Shown one piece after another: positions 24,724 through 36,283 of a stretch of DNA of 64,000 bases (its first letter is position 1; each line of letters starts with the position of its first letter). Position numbers and translations under genes: made by a program. Below the pieces are notes generated by a model that was not told the origin of the DNA, searched no databases, and was given only the letters and a program-made list of their open reading frames with translations. Origin of the DNA: Balanoglossus misakiensis (lineage: Eukaryota; Animalia; Hemichordata); assembly GCA_040954595.2 (NCBI GenBank), contig CM082580.2, forward strand, positions 1,168,783 to 1,232,782, given 5' to 3'.

Positions 24724-26535
24724 TGTAACAGCTTTTCACCAAATTGGACCATTGGCGAATTGAACTCTCTGTACAGGATCCCATCTTTCATGATGAACTT
24801 CAACCTACCTCCATTCCTAGTCACTTTCTCGTCACCCAAAATTGCCTTCTCACGTAGTTTGTCAAGAGTGGAGTCTTCTTCTTGAGCTTGTTGAAGCTTC
24901 CCTGGCATCACCACTTCACCAACAGCTTTAGGTACTTTAAGCTCTCTGATTGGTTTTTGGTTGGCTATCTTCTGGGCTCTGGTCTCCACAGCATTTGCTA
25001 AACCTGGTACCTGTCCAACAGTTGTACACAGTCTACATGTCGGCAATGGTTCCTGCCATGTAGTATCAGGATTCGAAGGGTCAGATACACCATCAATGTT
25101 GCCCAGTATTAAATCATACACATGGTTCATCATGCACAGTGCAGTAACATCACCAACAAAGTAAGGGGTATCAACTTTTATAGAGGCTACAGGTACTCTT
25201 CTAATAGTCCCATCTATCTGAACACACGTCCTGTACTCACCAGTCAGCTGATTACTTGACACCAGACTTCTTCGAACTACCACGCTACTACACCCACTAT
25301 CACGCAAAACGCTAACCAGCTTACCATCGAGCAATCCCTTCATTACCGGCATCTTCTTCACTCCATGGGCACTACAAGCAGCACTCATCACTGGGAGCTT
25401 ATGACCACATGGTAACACGAACTCCTTATTCAGTGTTGCATCTGTTTTATCTATTTCCATTGCTACCACCATACATGCATAACCAGTGTCTAGTCCCCTG
25501 GGCTGTTGACGGTTGCCCCAATGTGTACATTCTTGTTTAGGTGGATAGTTTCTATCTTCTTCAGTTAACAATACCGCCGTCTTATGCATCTTTGGCTTAC
25601 TTCTACAATCTTTGGCCATATGACCACCTTTACCACATACGAAGCACGTACCTTTAAAAACATGGGAACCATTGGTTTTGTTATTAAACTTATTTACTTG
25701 ATTTGGATATACAGCAGGCTTGGTATTTGCTGTCGGCTGGCTCCTTGGATTATTCTTGGCATTACTTGGCAGTTTCCACCACCCTCGGGCATCTAAGTAT
25801 TTTGAGGCAGTAGATACCATCTCTTGGACATTCTCTGGCCGTCGCTCTCTAATGAACATTGCCATGTCTCTGGAACATACTCCAATAAACTGCTCTCGAA
25901 GTAACAGATCTGTAAGCCCATTGTACGTCTTTGGAGTACCAGCCAGTTCTACCCATCTGCCCAAATAGTCACCAATACGGTCCATAAACTTTTGAGCACT
26001 TTCATCATAATGTGGCATACACGAACGGAACTTGTCATGAAAACTCTCCTCACTTAACTGGTAAGCCCTCAATAACTCTGGTTTCAATTCATCATAATTA
26101 TTTGCAGACGCTGCAGGCATTTGGTTGTATGTGGATACATCCTTACCTTGTAACAATATGCACTGAGATTCACCCCCAGTCATCTTTTTCCCACTTCTGA
26201 GCAGTGGCGTAGCGCTGAAAACGTTGAAGGTACGCATCCATATCATCAACATCCTCACGAAAACCCTGTAGTCTCGGAGCACGCGCTTTGGCCAAATTAT
26301 TTTCAGTAACCTGCTGTTCTGTATTTTCCCCTTTCAATTTTAATTCTTGTAAGTGAATTTGCATTTTCAGTATCTCTCTCTCATGTTCCTCGCGCCGCCT
26401 ATTATCTTCTCTCTGCTCCTCTCTCTCAGTAGCCCTAAGATCCCTCTGTCTAATTTGTTCCTCTCTAACATAATCTTTTAAAGCAGTCCCTTCCAACCCA
26501 AATTTTCTCCCTATCTTAGATATTCTTTCTGCATA
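24724..26535 (-). pseudogene. gag: Gmr1-like gag (SCAN-like capsid region, CCHC knuckle) and aspartic protease
   Basis: Coiled-coil N-terminus; DDMDAYLQRFQRYA..KW; YDELK..LL..Y.L..E...KFR; LLREQF; CFVCGKGGHMAKDC; protease LRDSGCS..., LILGN. Frameshift near 26170. Confidence 0.88.
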
Positions 26536-26815
26536 TATGCTTTGCTGTATCGCGATTTACAACCCCCAGTTTGACAACCCCTAGCAGTACAGGGCATTCA
26601 GCACAAGTCAACACAGCCAAACGCACGACGCAAACCAACACGGCCCATATTATATAGCAGGAAACCACAAGCGCACATACAGTAACAGTACCAGCCTACA
26701 GACCCAGCACCGTCTTCACAATTTGCAGAATCTCTACCTAGCAAAACCATGGTCTCCACTATATGGCAACAATTTATGATAGTATACAAACAAATGCACA
26801 ACAAAACGATAAAAC

Positions 26816-26832
26816 TCCCGGACGAGCCCCCA
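26816..26832 (-). other. Primer-binding site complementary to tRNA-Pro
   Basis: Minus strand TGGGGGCTCGTCCGGGA, 2 nt after the LTR end ...TGACA; this is the classic tRNA-Pro PBS. Confidence 0.9.
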
Positions 26833-26834
26833 AA

Positions 26835-28071
26835 TGTCAGAGGTGGAGGGCACCCCTCTGATTCCAGGATAAATATTGAGCAGCTCTCAGTGCCAAGGAG
26901 TAAACATCCGTGGATAAGGTATGGGGAGAAACTACACAAACCAGTGCGGATACAATAATACAGTTGATTTAATTTAAATCAATTAAATAATATAAAGATA
27001 ATACTAGGAATATAATTTTTGTGCACAATATGCACAATATCAAATGTCTCTGTCCTAACCAATTTAGCAGGTACAGGTATGCTGATACAATTGGTCATAC
27101 AATACAATGGGTTACTTAATATATTACATAAATGAATATATTCACAATATCACTATAGTTTATTGTCTATTGCATATTGTCTAAACAATGGTAAGTGTCA
27201 CTTAGCTGTATATAACATTCATAGTAAACAATCATGATTCAACCACAATATGGGATGGAGTCCTGTATAGATGAACGATGTAGCGACGATCCACATTACA
27301 CATACAATCTGTGATACACCATGTTTTCTACCACTTGTAGTCCTCCAGTAGTCAAGTAAACACACTGAAGACTGACTTGTTAGATGCAAGTCTTGGGTTA
27401 AATGGCTGAATGAAAAATCAACAAACATTGACTGAAATGTCCACCTTAGCAACTGTTCACAAATGAATACTGACGTTTCTCAATAATAATTATCAGAAAT
27501 TTGGACTAGTTAAAGCGTCATGATTACATGTGATATCATGGAAAATTATGCTTTAACTATGACCGTCCTATTACTTACAAATTGTCGAATTTGACATAAA
27601 TATCCATAAAATATAAATTTAAGTTATAGTAAATAAATAAACAAATACATTACTTACACGAGAATTCTTCACCACACTTCATGCTCAGCAATACCGGGTC
27701 TATAGGATGGTTCCACAGAACTCTGCTTGGAGCAATTTCCAGCCACACCACATACGACCATGCCAGCCACGCCAATCGCCCGACCACACCGGTTTGCACT
27801 GAATAAGCACAATTCTGCTTTCTAGAAGTACTGAATTTACTTCCACTCGAATTGCAGAAACAGTGGTCCTGAGAGCACTAATGTGCGCTACAGCATTACA
27901 TGGACACAGCAAGGTATGGTGCAATATTTCCCCTAGTATTTCTACTCACTGAGCAGGGAGACCCGACTTGTTGCTCCCTTCAAGACCTAAATTGAAGTGT
28001 GCTCTCTTACTACACGAAACTTAGCTAACGAAGCCCTATTCATTAACATGACAATACACGGTGTCACTACA
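26835..28071 (-). repeat. 5' LTR of the Gmr1-like element (outer end approximate)
   Basis: The inner end is fixed by the PBS (tgtcag at 26835). The outer end is guessed at ...cactaca 28071. No second LTR is available to confirm it. Confidence 0.5.
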
Positions 28072-28345
28072 CCTGAAATTATGCGGGCACCTGGGTTTCC
28101 ACTGACTCCAGTACTACCTAATTATATGACAAGTTGGGACCGACAGTCGAGACCCATACAGCATTACAATCAACAAATAGTAAAAAAAATAAAAAAGTAA
28201 ACAAAAAACAGGAAAACATTTTAAAAATACAAATAAAATTATGAAACTACTAAAAAAACAAAACAAAAACAAAAACAACACAAAAACACAAAACAACAAG
28301 CGAGGTCAATAAAGATTAACGCTTACAAAGATAGAAAAAGTAAGA

Positions 28346-30314
28346 CTGTTGTGATTATTGCTGGAATAGGCAATGTTTTAATCTACCTGCAAATACTGGT
28401 GTGACAAAGATTGTCGGCCAGTCAACATCACCAACGATATTAACAATATAAAAATAAATAAAATTTCAACGATTCAACTTCTTTTCTAGCTTCCTATCTG
28501 GATAGTTTGTTTTATTTTACTCTAAAGATCACCTTTCTTCTAGGCCACGTGGCAAGAGACGTTTTCAACTTCTACTATCATCGATGCGAGAGTACTATAG
28601 TATTCTCATATACACAGACAAAGGCCACCAAAATAAGAGAATCATTTGGTCAAATGGTAGAGGGCGCAAAAACAGATATTTCAAATGACAAAATTTTCCG
28701 ATAAACGTGTTTAATCAAATCAAACTGTGCTCAATGGTATTCTTGCAAAAATTGAATACACATGAAACAAAATACAGCAACTGCCATGAACAACAAGTTT
28801 ATTCATGACAAAATTCAATTTTTTTAATCAGTGATTTCCATTATCAGCTGAAAACTAAAATTAGATTGTCATCTTGAACAGTATAAAATCAGCGAGCAAT
28901 TAGACATTAAGTACCCAGCATCCTAAAATAAAACCATGTAAACATGCACAATTAGATAATCAAAGATTTTTTATTTATTCACCATGATGTTTTTAATTTA
29001 TGTCAAATCAAAGTACTTGAAGTTATGGAAGATCAATTAAAATAGAAAACTGTAATTTTAATGGCTCGGTAATGTATCCAATTTCTGCCCAATATATGAA
29101 ATTTCCGAGTCAGCAACTGAAGAATTCGTGGGGAAAATATTTACGTGATGTGTAACAGAATTCACTTGGAAGTAAGGAGTTTTTGTAAAATCAACATGCA
29201 TATTACAATTTATTTGTAAAAACTTGATTGGCAATGGAAAATTGGCGTTTAAATATATAGTACTTCAAGATGAACAGATAAAATATAAGTTATTACAGAT
29301 GTCATTTTACGACAACAAGGAATGTTCAATCGTTCTTTAATATCTTTAATGATACCAGGTCAAAGGTCACCTTTGCAAATTCAACCACTGGTACCATAGC
29401 CATTTCAAATGTAGCCAAAAGTGCGCCACCACTTTCTTCAAACATACTGAAACCATCTACAGGTTACTGTAGTCCTATATCTCTTGGCATCCATGGCAGT
29501 TTAGCTAGACATGAGCTGGCAAGGGGTGACCTGCAAGCTTTGAACTCTGGCTTCGGTAATGTCGACTCTGGCTCTGGCATATACTTGCAGGTCCATATGA
29601 CCTTGGGGTGAACATGGTCATGAAGAAATAAATAGAATCTGTTTGGTACATTGTCAACTTCATTTTAAACTTTCAAAAAAATAACAATATGGTGAGTAAT
29701 GTTTTTGTTGTTTTCAAAGAGACTCACCATACACTTTAGTAAATCAAAGACTTGAAAAAGTTTTGAGGACTATCATTTGTCTGAATCTCGGACCGCGAGG
29801 CACATACTACCTTAAATAGTTTCACTCGCAGCTTCTTGTGGGCAGTTTCTCCTTGCGTACCTGTACAGACACACCAGGAGACCGATCCCGATGAACAACG
29901 ACACCCACATGAAAACATTCAAGCGTCTGGTCACACCCATTTCCGTCAAACAAGAACATGAATGAAACTGCGGAGGAAGAGAACGGGAGAGTGCCCATTA
30001 ACCCTGTAATGGCCAATCATTTACTGGCACAAGGTTCAGGATGTACGATCACTGGAGTTGAAAATAAGGTCATGGATTTGAAAATCATTTTGAGTTATGA
30101 AATTGAAATACATATTTTTCATTGTGGATTCTCCGACATAAATATTATCAAAATCAATAAGGGTTGGCTTTTTAATTTATGACATATAACGCCATGAATC
30201 TAGCCCATTAATACAAAGGCAATACTTAAACACATTTCGGGGTAGCGTTATGACAACTTGAAGAAAGTATGAATACAAACTTTCTAAAGTAATATTTTAA
30301 AGGTTGGCGTATTG
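28346..30314 (+). repeat. ~1.97-kb direct duplication, copy 2
   Basis: Colinear with 11546-13513. Confidence 0.95.
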
Positions 30315-30847
30315 CTTAGCATAATCATTTTTCTGTTTGCTGTGACATTTGTCTCCCTGTGAGAGTTTAAGTAAATGTAGAGTCACGCAAATTAGGCAAC
30401 ATCAATATCCCATACGTAATTCAGTGTGTTTTGTTCGCATTTTTGGTTTTCATTTTGAAAATGAACAAAGGACTTTCCTATCATTGACCAACACTCGTAT
30501 GAATACATCCAAATTACCCAACTTTAATTTTCCTTAAAGAATTGGTCAGCTCTGCGAATATATTTCACCTGACCACTTCCTTTGCTAAGGAAGAGTGTTG
30601 TTTATGTAATAATATTTTTATAATATTTATAACTTATGTAGCACATTAAATCTCAACGTGCTTTAAGTTGTCCCATGGTCATTTGAGCTAGGATGTTGGA
30701 CCTAAATATTCCATTCAACTCCCTGGGGAGCAAACAACATCTCACCATCATTAGAAATGACAAATTACAGTGCTTTTGGCCACGTATTAACCTGGGGATT
30801 TACAGTTAACTTTAAATACACACGCATATGCATTTAATCCCCATGTG

Positions 30848-31189
30848 AGGGACAAAGTCTCTCTCTCGCTGCCCTTTTCCCATATTATATTTGATAAGAG
30901 ACACCGTTTGTTATTCTACATGTGGATATATAGCGAATGAACGTTCAACCACACACAACTTCCATCCCTCTTATAGACAGGAGAGTGAAAAACTCGCCAA
31001 AATGAATAATCGTTCTTTACCATTTATTCATTTTGGGCGAGTTTTTACTCTCATATCGTACAAACGAGACGGAAGTTGTGTGTGGTCGAATGTTGATTCA
31101 CCATATATCCACATGTAGAATAACATCAATGGCGTCTTGTATCATACATAATTAATTGAAAAAAGGCAGCGATGAGAGACTTTGCCCCT
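30848..31189. mobile_element. Kolobok MITE (almost wholly palindromic)
   Basis: AGGGACAAAGTCTCTC ... GAGAGACTTTGCCCCT followed by TTAA. The arms match the terminal ~190 bp of the large Kolobok element (47000-47187). Confidence 0.85.
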
Positions 31190-31261
31190 TTAAACAATTG
31201 GTCAGCTCTGCGAATATAGTTCACCTGACCACTTCCTTTGCTAAGTAAGAGTGTTGTTTAT

Positions 31262-31617
31262 GTAATAATATCAATATAATATTTATTACTTATATAGCAC
31301 ATTATGCAATAAATCTCAATGTGCTGCTTTGAAGTGTTTCCCATGGTAATTTGACCTAGGTCGTTGGACCTAAAATATTCCATTCCACTCCATGGGGAGC
31401 AAACAACAGCTCACATGTGCAGCTTTTATATCAGCAAAGCAGACCTATACATACACATTACAATATCCGATCCACCAAATTACCCTTTTCTTATAGGCGG
31501 GGAGAGGCAAGGAGATGTAAATTGCCTTGCCAGAGGACACAACACCACAACCATGCCAGGGATCAAACTCTTGATTCTTTGATTATGGGTCTGATGCTCT
31601 AACCACTGGACTATGAC
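31262..31617 (-). mobile_element. tRNA-derived SINE (decayed)
   Basis: Minus strand: A-box-like tagtccagtggttagagc, B-box-like gagtttgatccc, core tgtgtcctctggcaaggcaatttac, and an AT-rich tail (aatgtgctatataagtaataaattatattgatattatta). Confidence 0.7.
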
Positions 31618-32387
31618 ATTAATTTGAGGCCATCGCTTTCGTCAATTTCCCTGCGCTCCCCCTGGTAGTTTACGTCCAGTCCCTTACTTGTAATTGTCTT
31701 TGTTTGGCAACTGCAGGCCAAAAAGTTTTACTACCATGAATAAATCTACCCTAATCGATTATTCATAAAAGTACAACGTTTTTTTTTTGGAACTACTGTC
31801 GACATTGTAAAAACCCCAGGTAGTAACTTGGGGGTGAAACAAGGCAACTCTCAGTAGCTCCTGGGAACAGTTCAATTTCATGGTCATATCATTAAATGTG
31901 CTGGTCCAGTGAAAAAAAATGGGTCTCATGAACGTTCCCCAATTCATGACTCATCGCCAAGGTCCTTGGAATGAAGCACATTTTAAAACAGGCAACTGGT
32001 CTGGTCTTTTGCTTTGTCAACTTTCGACAAGCTTTAGCCGTGCATGCCCTGTAAGTCACAATGCACATTAGACATCAACATTACTTTAGAACATGGTGAA
32101 TTTCACACAGTGTGTAGGTTATATTATTGACTGCTACAATATTTTCAGTGTTTGGGTGTAAAATGAACCCAGGTAGCTGGCAGTTGAAACACTACTGAAC
32201 AAACAGTTTCATGTCAATGTAATCCAGACATTATCACTGAAGAGGTGTGAACGAGCGAAGACATTCAGGAGGCTCCTCTGTGCAAACACTGCCCTTGGCT
32301 ACCAGCTGTGAAGTGATATGATAGAATTGTACCACATCAACTAGCAAGGCCCTGCACTGTAAGATGTTAAGTGTTATTTTTTGTGTG

Positions 32388-32763
32388 TTTTATTTGGTCC
32401 CATTTGTATAGGTATATACAGTGGGACCTTATGGATTTGGTTGCGTCTGTATGTATGTATGGACATATGGACGGATAGATGGATGTATGTCCGTACACAT
32501 CAAAAACTTGAAAACCGTTGCGCCAATAACCTCGATATTTGGTGTGTAGATGCATGCTAGGCTGTAGATGGGAGTTTGTTCAAACGAAGTTGTCATTGCC
32601 AAAAATATATACAAATTAGCTGGGAAAACCTTAATTTGGTCAAAACTCAGAAACACGACAAGTCCTGGTCATGTTGATTTGAAAAAATGGTATGATAGTA
32701 CCTTATATTAGCCTCACACATTTCTGTATGTTTTAAGCTAATAGTGTGAATTTTCTACTTGTT
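32388..32763 (+). mobile_element. Helentron-associated (HINE/DINE-1-like) non-autonomous element; right end uncertain
   Basis: T-rich start, inverted repeat ggtccca...tgggacc, then a (tgta)n/(tgga)n microsatellite and a typical core (aaaaccgtt...atatttggtgtgtagatgcat...gtttgttcaaa). Confidence 0.5.
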
Positions 32764-33081
32764 ATGCATTTTTTTGTCTTTTTCCACATTTTTGGTAAAA
32801 AATCTACTTTTCTGGAATTGATCAGCCGACTTCTGTGAAATTTACTATGGAGCTTCATATAGGTGATCTGAGTTACATGATGGATACCAACGTAAAACCA
32901 CATATTGCCACCAGTCAAATATGTTGAAAACAGTGTCATATTTGCTACCGAAACAGATCCTACTGTATCCTTTAACACCCCATTAGGGAACATGTATTCA
33001 AAGCATAGTAAGTTTCCACAGTGGGAAAAATACATGCAGTAAATGTCACAGTGCATTGTTAACAATGCATAAATTAGATAA

Positions 33082-34940
33082 TTAAGTCAAAGGCTGACAT
33101 TTCTCACTGTGTGTGACCAGGGTATCATTTTAAACACAGACTGGACTTTGAGTATTGTGTCCAATGGAAAAAATACATCAGCATCTACGTCTGCAAAAAT
33201 GGTGTCAGAACTGACATATCTTATCATGTATGCCATCGAACTCAAATGATAAAATCTTCCTTTCATGTGACCTGTCTGGTTAAAGTTTACTGCCAACATT
33301 TCACCATGCTTTACCCACCCAAGACACAGTGTGTCAAATCCAATATTTGGTTCAATGAATGAACCATGGAAGTTTCCGAATTGGTACTACCCGAAAACGT
33401 CACATCAAGCTAAATTTGGAATTTTGATGGGGTGGGGAGGTAAAGCTTATCTAACATATAGTCGTTTAGATTTAACACTATGCCTGTGAGTTACATGTTA
33501 ATATTTTCTGCATGTCTGTCGCGTACAATGCGTCGGTGCGCAAAAATGATCACAGGTACTATTCAGAAGAATTCCGCTGATTCATGATGACTATGTGCAT
33601 GGAAAAACCCTGATTATGATCTAACTGATAAACAATAGCATGATATTAATAAAATATACACATTAACCAATGAATGAACCATCATGAAGATTGTGCCCTA
33701 ACACTTATTTAAGCTTTTATCACTATTATACCTTTGTCATTACTAAAGATATGAACAGCCCTGTACACCAAAGCTATCACCACATTTGTTAACCTTTATT
33801 ACACCATTCATATGAAACCATTCACCATCATCAACCTCTATTATATTCATTGTTTTGCCCATTATAATCTGTGTACCCTCAATTTTACCACAAACCATCA
33901 CCACATCAGTTAACTGTTTATTAAACACTTCCACATGTGTTGCCCATTATTATACCATTGAAATTTGTAAATCGATCATTATACCTATCATACAAGCAAT
34001 TGCTGATTGCTGTTAACCCTTGTGTACCACAAGCCATTATCATGAAATAGGCAACATGAATTTCACATAACACAGTTTGTCAGCTCTGAAAATGAAGTTA
34101 TCATGATCATTATCTATGCTAATTAAAAGTGTACGTGGGAAATTGACCTTAGCAGGCGCTGCCTTATTAAGCTCAAAGTCAGAGTATAAATAAATGTACA
34201 GGCGTATAAATTAGACAACATCAATATAACGCAGATAACACAGTTTGTCAACTCTGAGAATATTGTTCTCAGGACCATTTCCCATGCTTAATTAAAGTGT
34301 TGTGTATGTGGTACAGTTTGGATTCCTTGTCAGATTTCCTATAACACAGGTCGTGAGCCCCGAAAAGTACCATAACACAATTCTCATGAACATTTTCCAT
34401 GATCAATAAAAGTGTTGTGTGTAGCATAGTCATTTTTCCGTTTGCTGTGACATTTGTCTCCCTGTGAGAGTTTAAGTAAATGTGGAAACACGCAAATTAG
34501 GCAACACCAATATCCCGTACATAATTCAGTGTGTTTTGTTCGCATTTTTGGTTGCCATTTTGAAAATGAACAAAGGACTTTCCATTGACCAACACCCGTA
34601 TGAATACGTCCAAATTACCCAACTTTAATATTCCTTAAATAATTGGTCAGCTCTGCAAATATTTTTCACCTGACCACTTCCTTAGCTAGGTAAGAGTGTT
34701 GTTTATGTAATAATATTAATATAATATTTATAACTTATGTAGCACATTAAATCTCAACATGCTTTAAAGTTGTTCCATGGTCATTTGACCTAGGTCGTTG
34801 GACCTAAACATTCCATTCAACTCCCTGGGGAGTACAGCTCACCATCATTAGCAATGTCAAATTACAGTGCTTTTGGCCACATATCAACCTGGGGATTTAC
34901 AGACAACTTAAAATCCCCCTCAGCATGCATTTAATCCCCA
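33082..34940 (+). repeat. ~1.8-kb direct duplication, copy 1 (copy 2 at 47188-48887)
   Basis: Both start ttaagtcaaaggctga(c/t)atttctcactgtgtgtgacc and are colinear. Copy 1 carries an extra ~160 bp near 34080-34240. Confidence 0.92.
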
Positions 34941-35483
34941 TGTCAAAGTGCAGAGCTTGCATCACCATCTACCCCTTACAGTACTTATGGCCATGTATTA
35001 ACCTAGGGATTTACAGTCAACATTAAATACCCATGCATATATTAACCTGGGAATTTACATTCAACATTAAATACCCATGCATATATTAACCTGGGAATTT
35101 ACATTCAACATTAAATACCTATGCACATGCATTAAATACGTATGCCAAAGCGCAGAGCTTGGATCACCATCTACACTGATGCATCATTAGGCTTGCTACG
35201 CCATTTCCCCTAATGCAAAGAATCACATTCAATGTCACCATTGTATTAGCTATGTCAAATTTCAGTGCTTTTGGACTTGTATTAACCCAGGGATTTTCAG
35301 TCAACTTTTAATCCCCACATGCATTTAATACCCATGTCAAAGTGAAGTGTTTGCATCACTATCTACCGGGATGCATCATCAAGCTTGCATCGCCATTTAC
35401 CCTGATGCAAAGAATCAGATTCAGTGTCACCATTTCATTAGCAATGTAAAATAAAATTGCTTTTTGCCAAGTATTAACCAGGG
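34845..35483 (+). repeat. Short array (~3 degenerate monomers) of satellite 2
   Basis: attagcaatgtcaaattacagtgcttttggcc, tgatgcatcatcaagcttgc and gcaaagaatcagattc motifs. Confidence 0.85.
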
Positions 35484-35878
35484 GTACCAATTCTCTGCCC
35501 TAGCAAGGGCCAGGGGTACTTATTCTCTGCCCTAGTAAAGTTTACAATCCCATAAATCACTATTGCAATAACATGAACTATGACATGTTCAATGCACAGC
35601 AAAACAGCAGCAACCAATCCAATTGAATGTTAAAACATGTCTCAATATTTATTATCAAATATTAATTTTTAAGATTACCCTAAGAAGTCTCTATAGTATC
35701 ACACATTTTAACATCTAGGCTAGCTGATGATAAGTAATACTTACCAGAAACTTGTCCATATCTGATGCTTTTTGACAACAATACCAAAAGTGGTTCACAA
35801 TGTGGGTCACCCATTTCAGCAGTGGTTTGCACTCTTTGTTTTGTGCAGCCTTAAAAAAACACAGAATACACTCATGAT

Positions 35879-36032
35879 TGTGATGTCCGGGGAGGGGTTA
35901 TTGACAGTCGACAACGACGGAGTTCCACAGAAGTGATGTTTATTGAATGACAACCACGCGGGAACTAACAGTTACAGGAAATCACGTATACAGACCATGT
36001 GACAATCACGTGATCATGACAATACTATCACA
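35879..36032 (-). repeat. 3' LTR
   Basis: tgtgatgtccgggg...tactatcaca; no difference from 40727-40880 seen by eye. Confidence 0.97.
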
Positions 36033-36283
36033 TCTCCTCAACTTTAGAAGAAAACTTGTACTTTAAGTTTACAACTCGCTTTGGAAAGTATGAAATTTGC
36101 CAACACTGTCAAATTGTAATGCTTTGTGAATGATCATGTTCTAACAAACGAAAACAAACAGAACCTTAACCTTAACAAGAACTTGAGAACTTCATAACTA
36201 GGAAAATACAAATCTCCAAGAGAAAATTTGCTCTACAGAAACTCATTCCATAATGTTTGTGGACAGTCTTATGTCAATATAAT

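Larger units (their letters stand above)
17235..28071 (-). mobile_element. Gmr1-like Ty3/gypsy LTR retrotransposon, 3'-truncated and interrupted by a DNA transposon
   Basis: Order on the minus strand is LTR, PBS, gag (SCAN-like, CCHC), protease, integrase, RT. Integrase before RT is diagnostic of Gmr1. RT breaks off at FLGHVVGHGEL with no RNase H or 3' LTR. The outer LTR boundary is approximate. Confidence 0.88.
30320..31617 (+). repeat. Composite duplicated block (flank + SINE 3' half + satellite-2 seed + Kolobok MITE + flank + SINE); paralog at ~48360-49692
   Basis: Same modules in the same order in both copies. Confidence 0.85.

Noticed and set aside
31540-31617. tRNA gene
   Set aside because: Degenerate tRNA-like head attached to a SINE core and tail; no intact cloverleaf.
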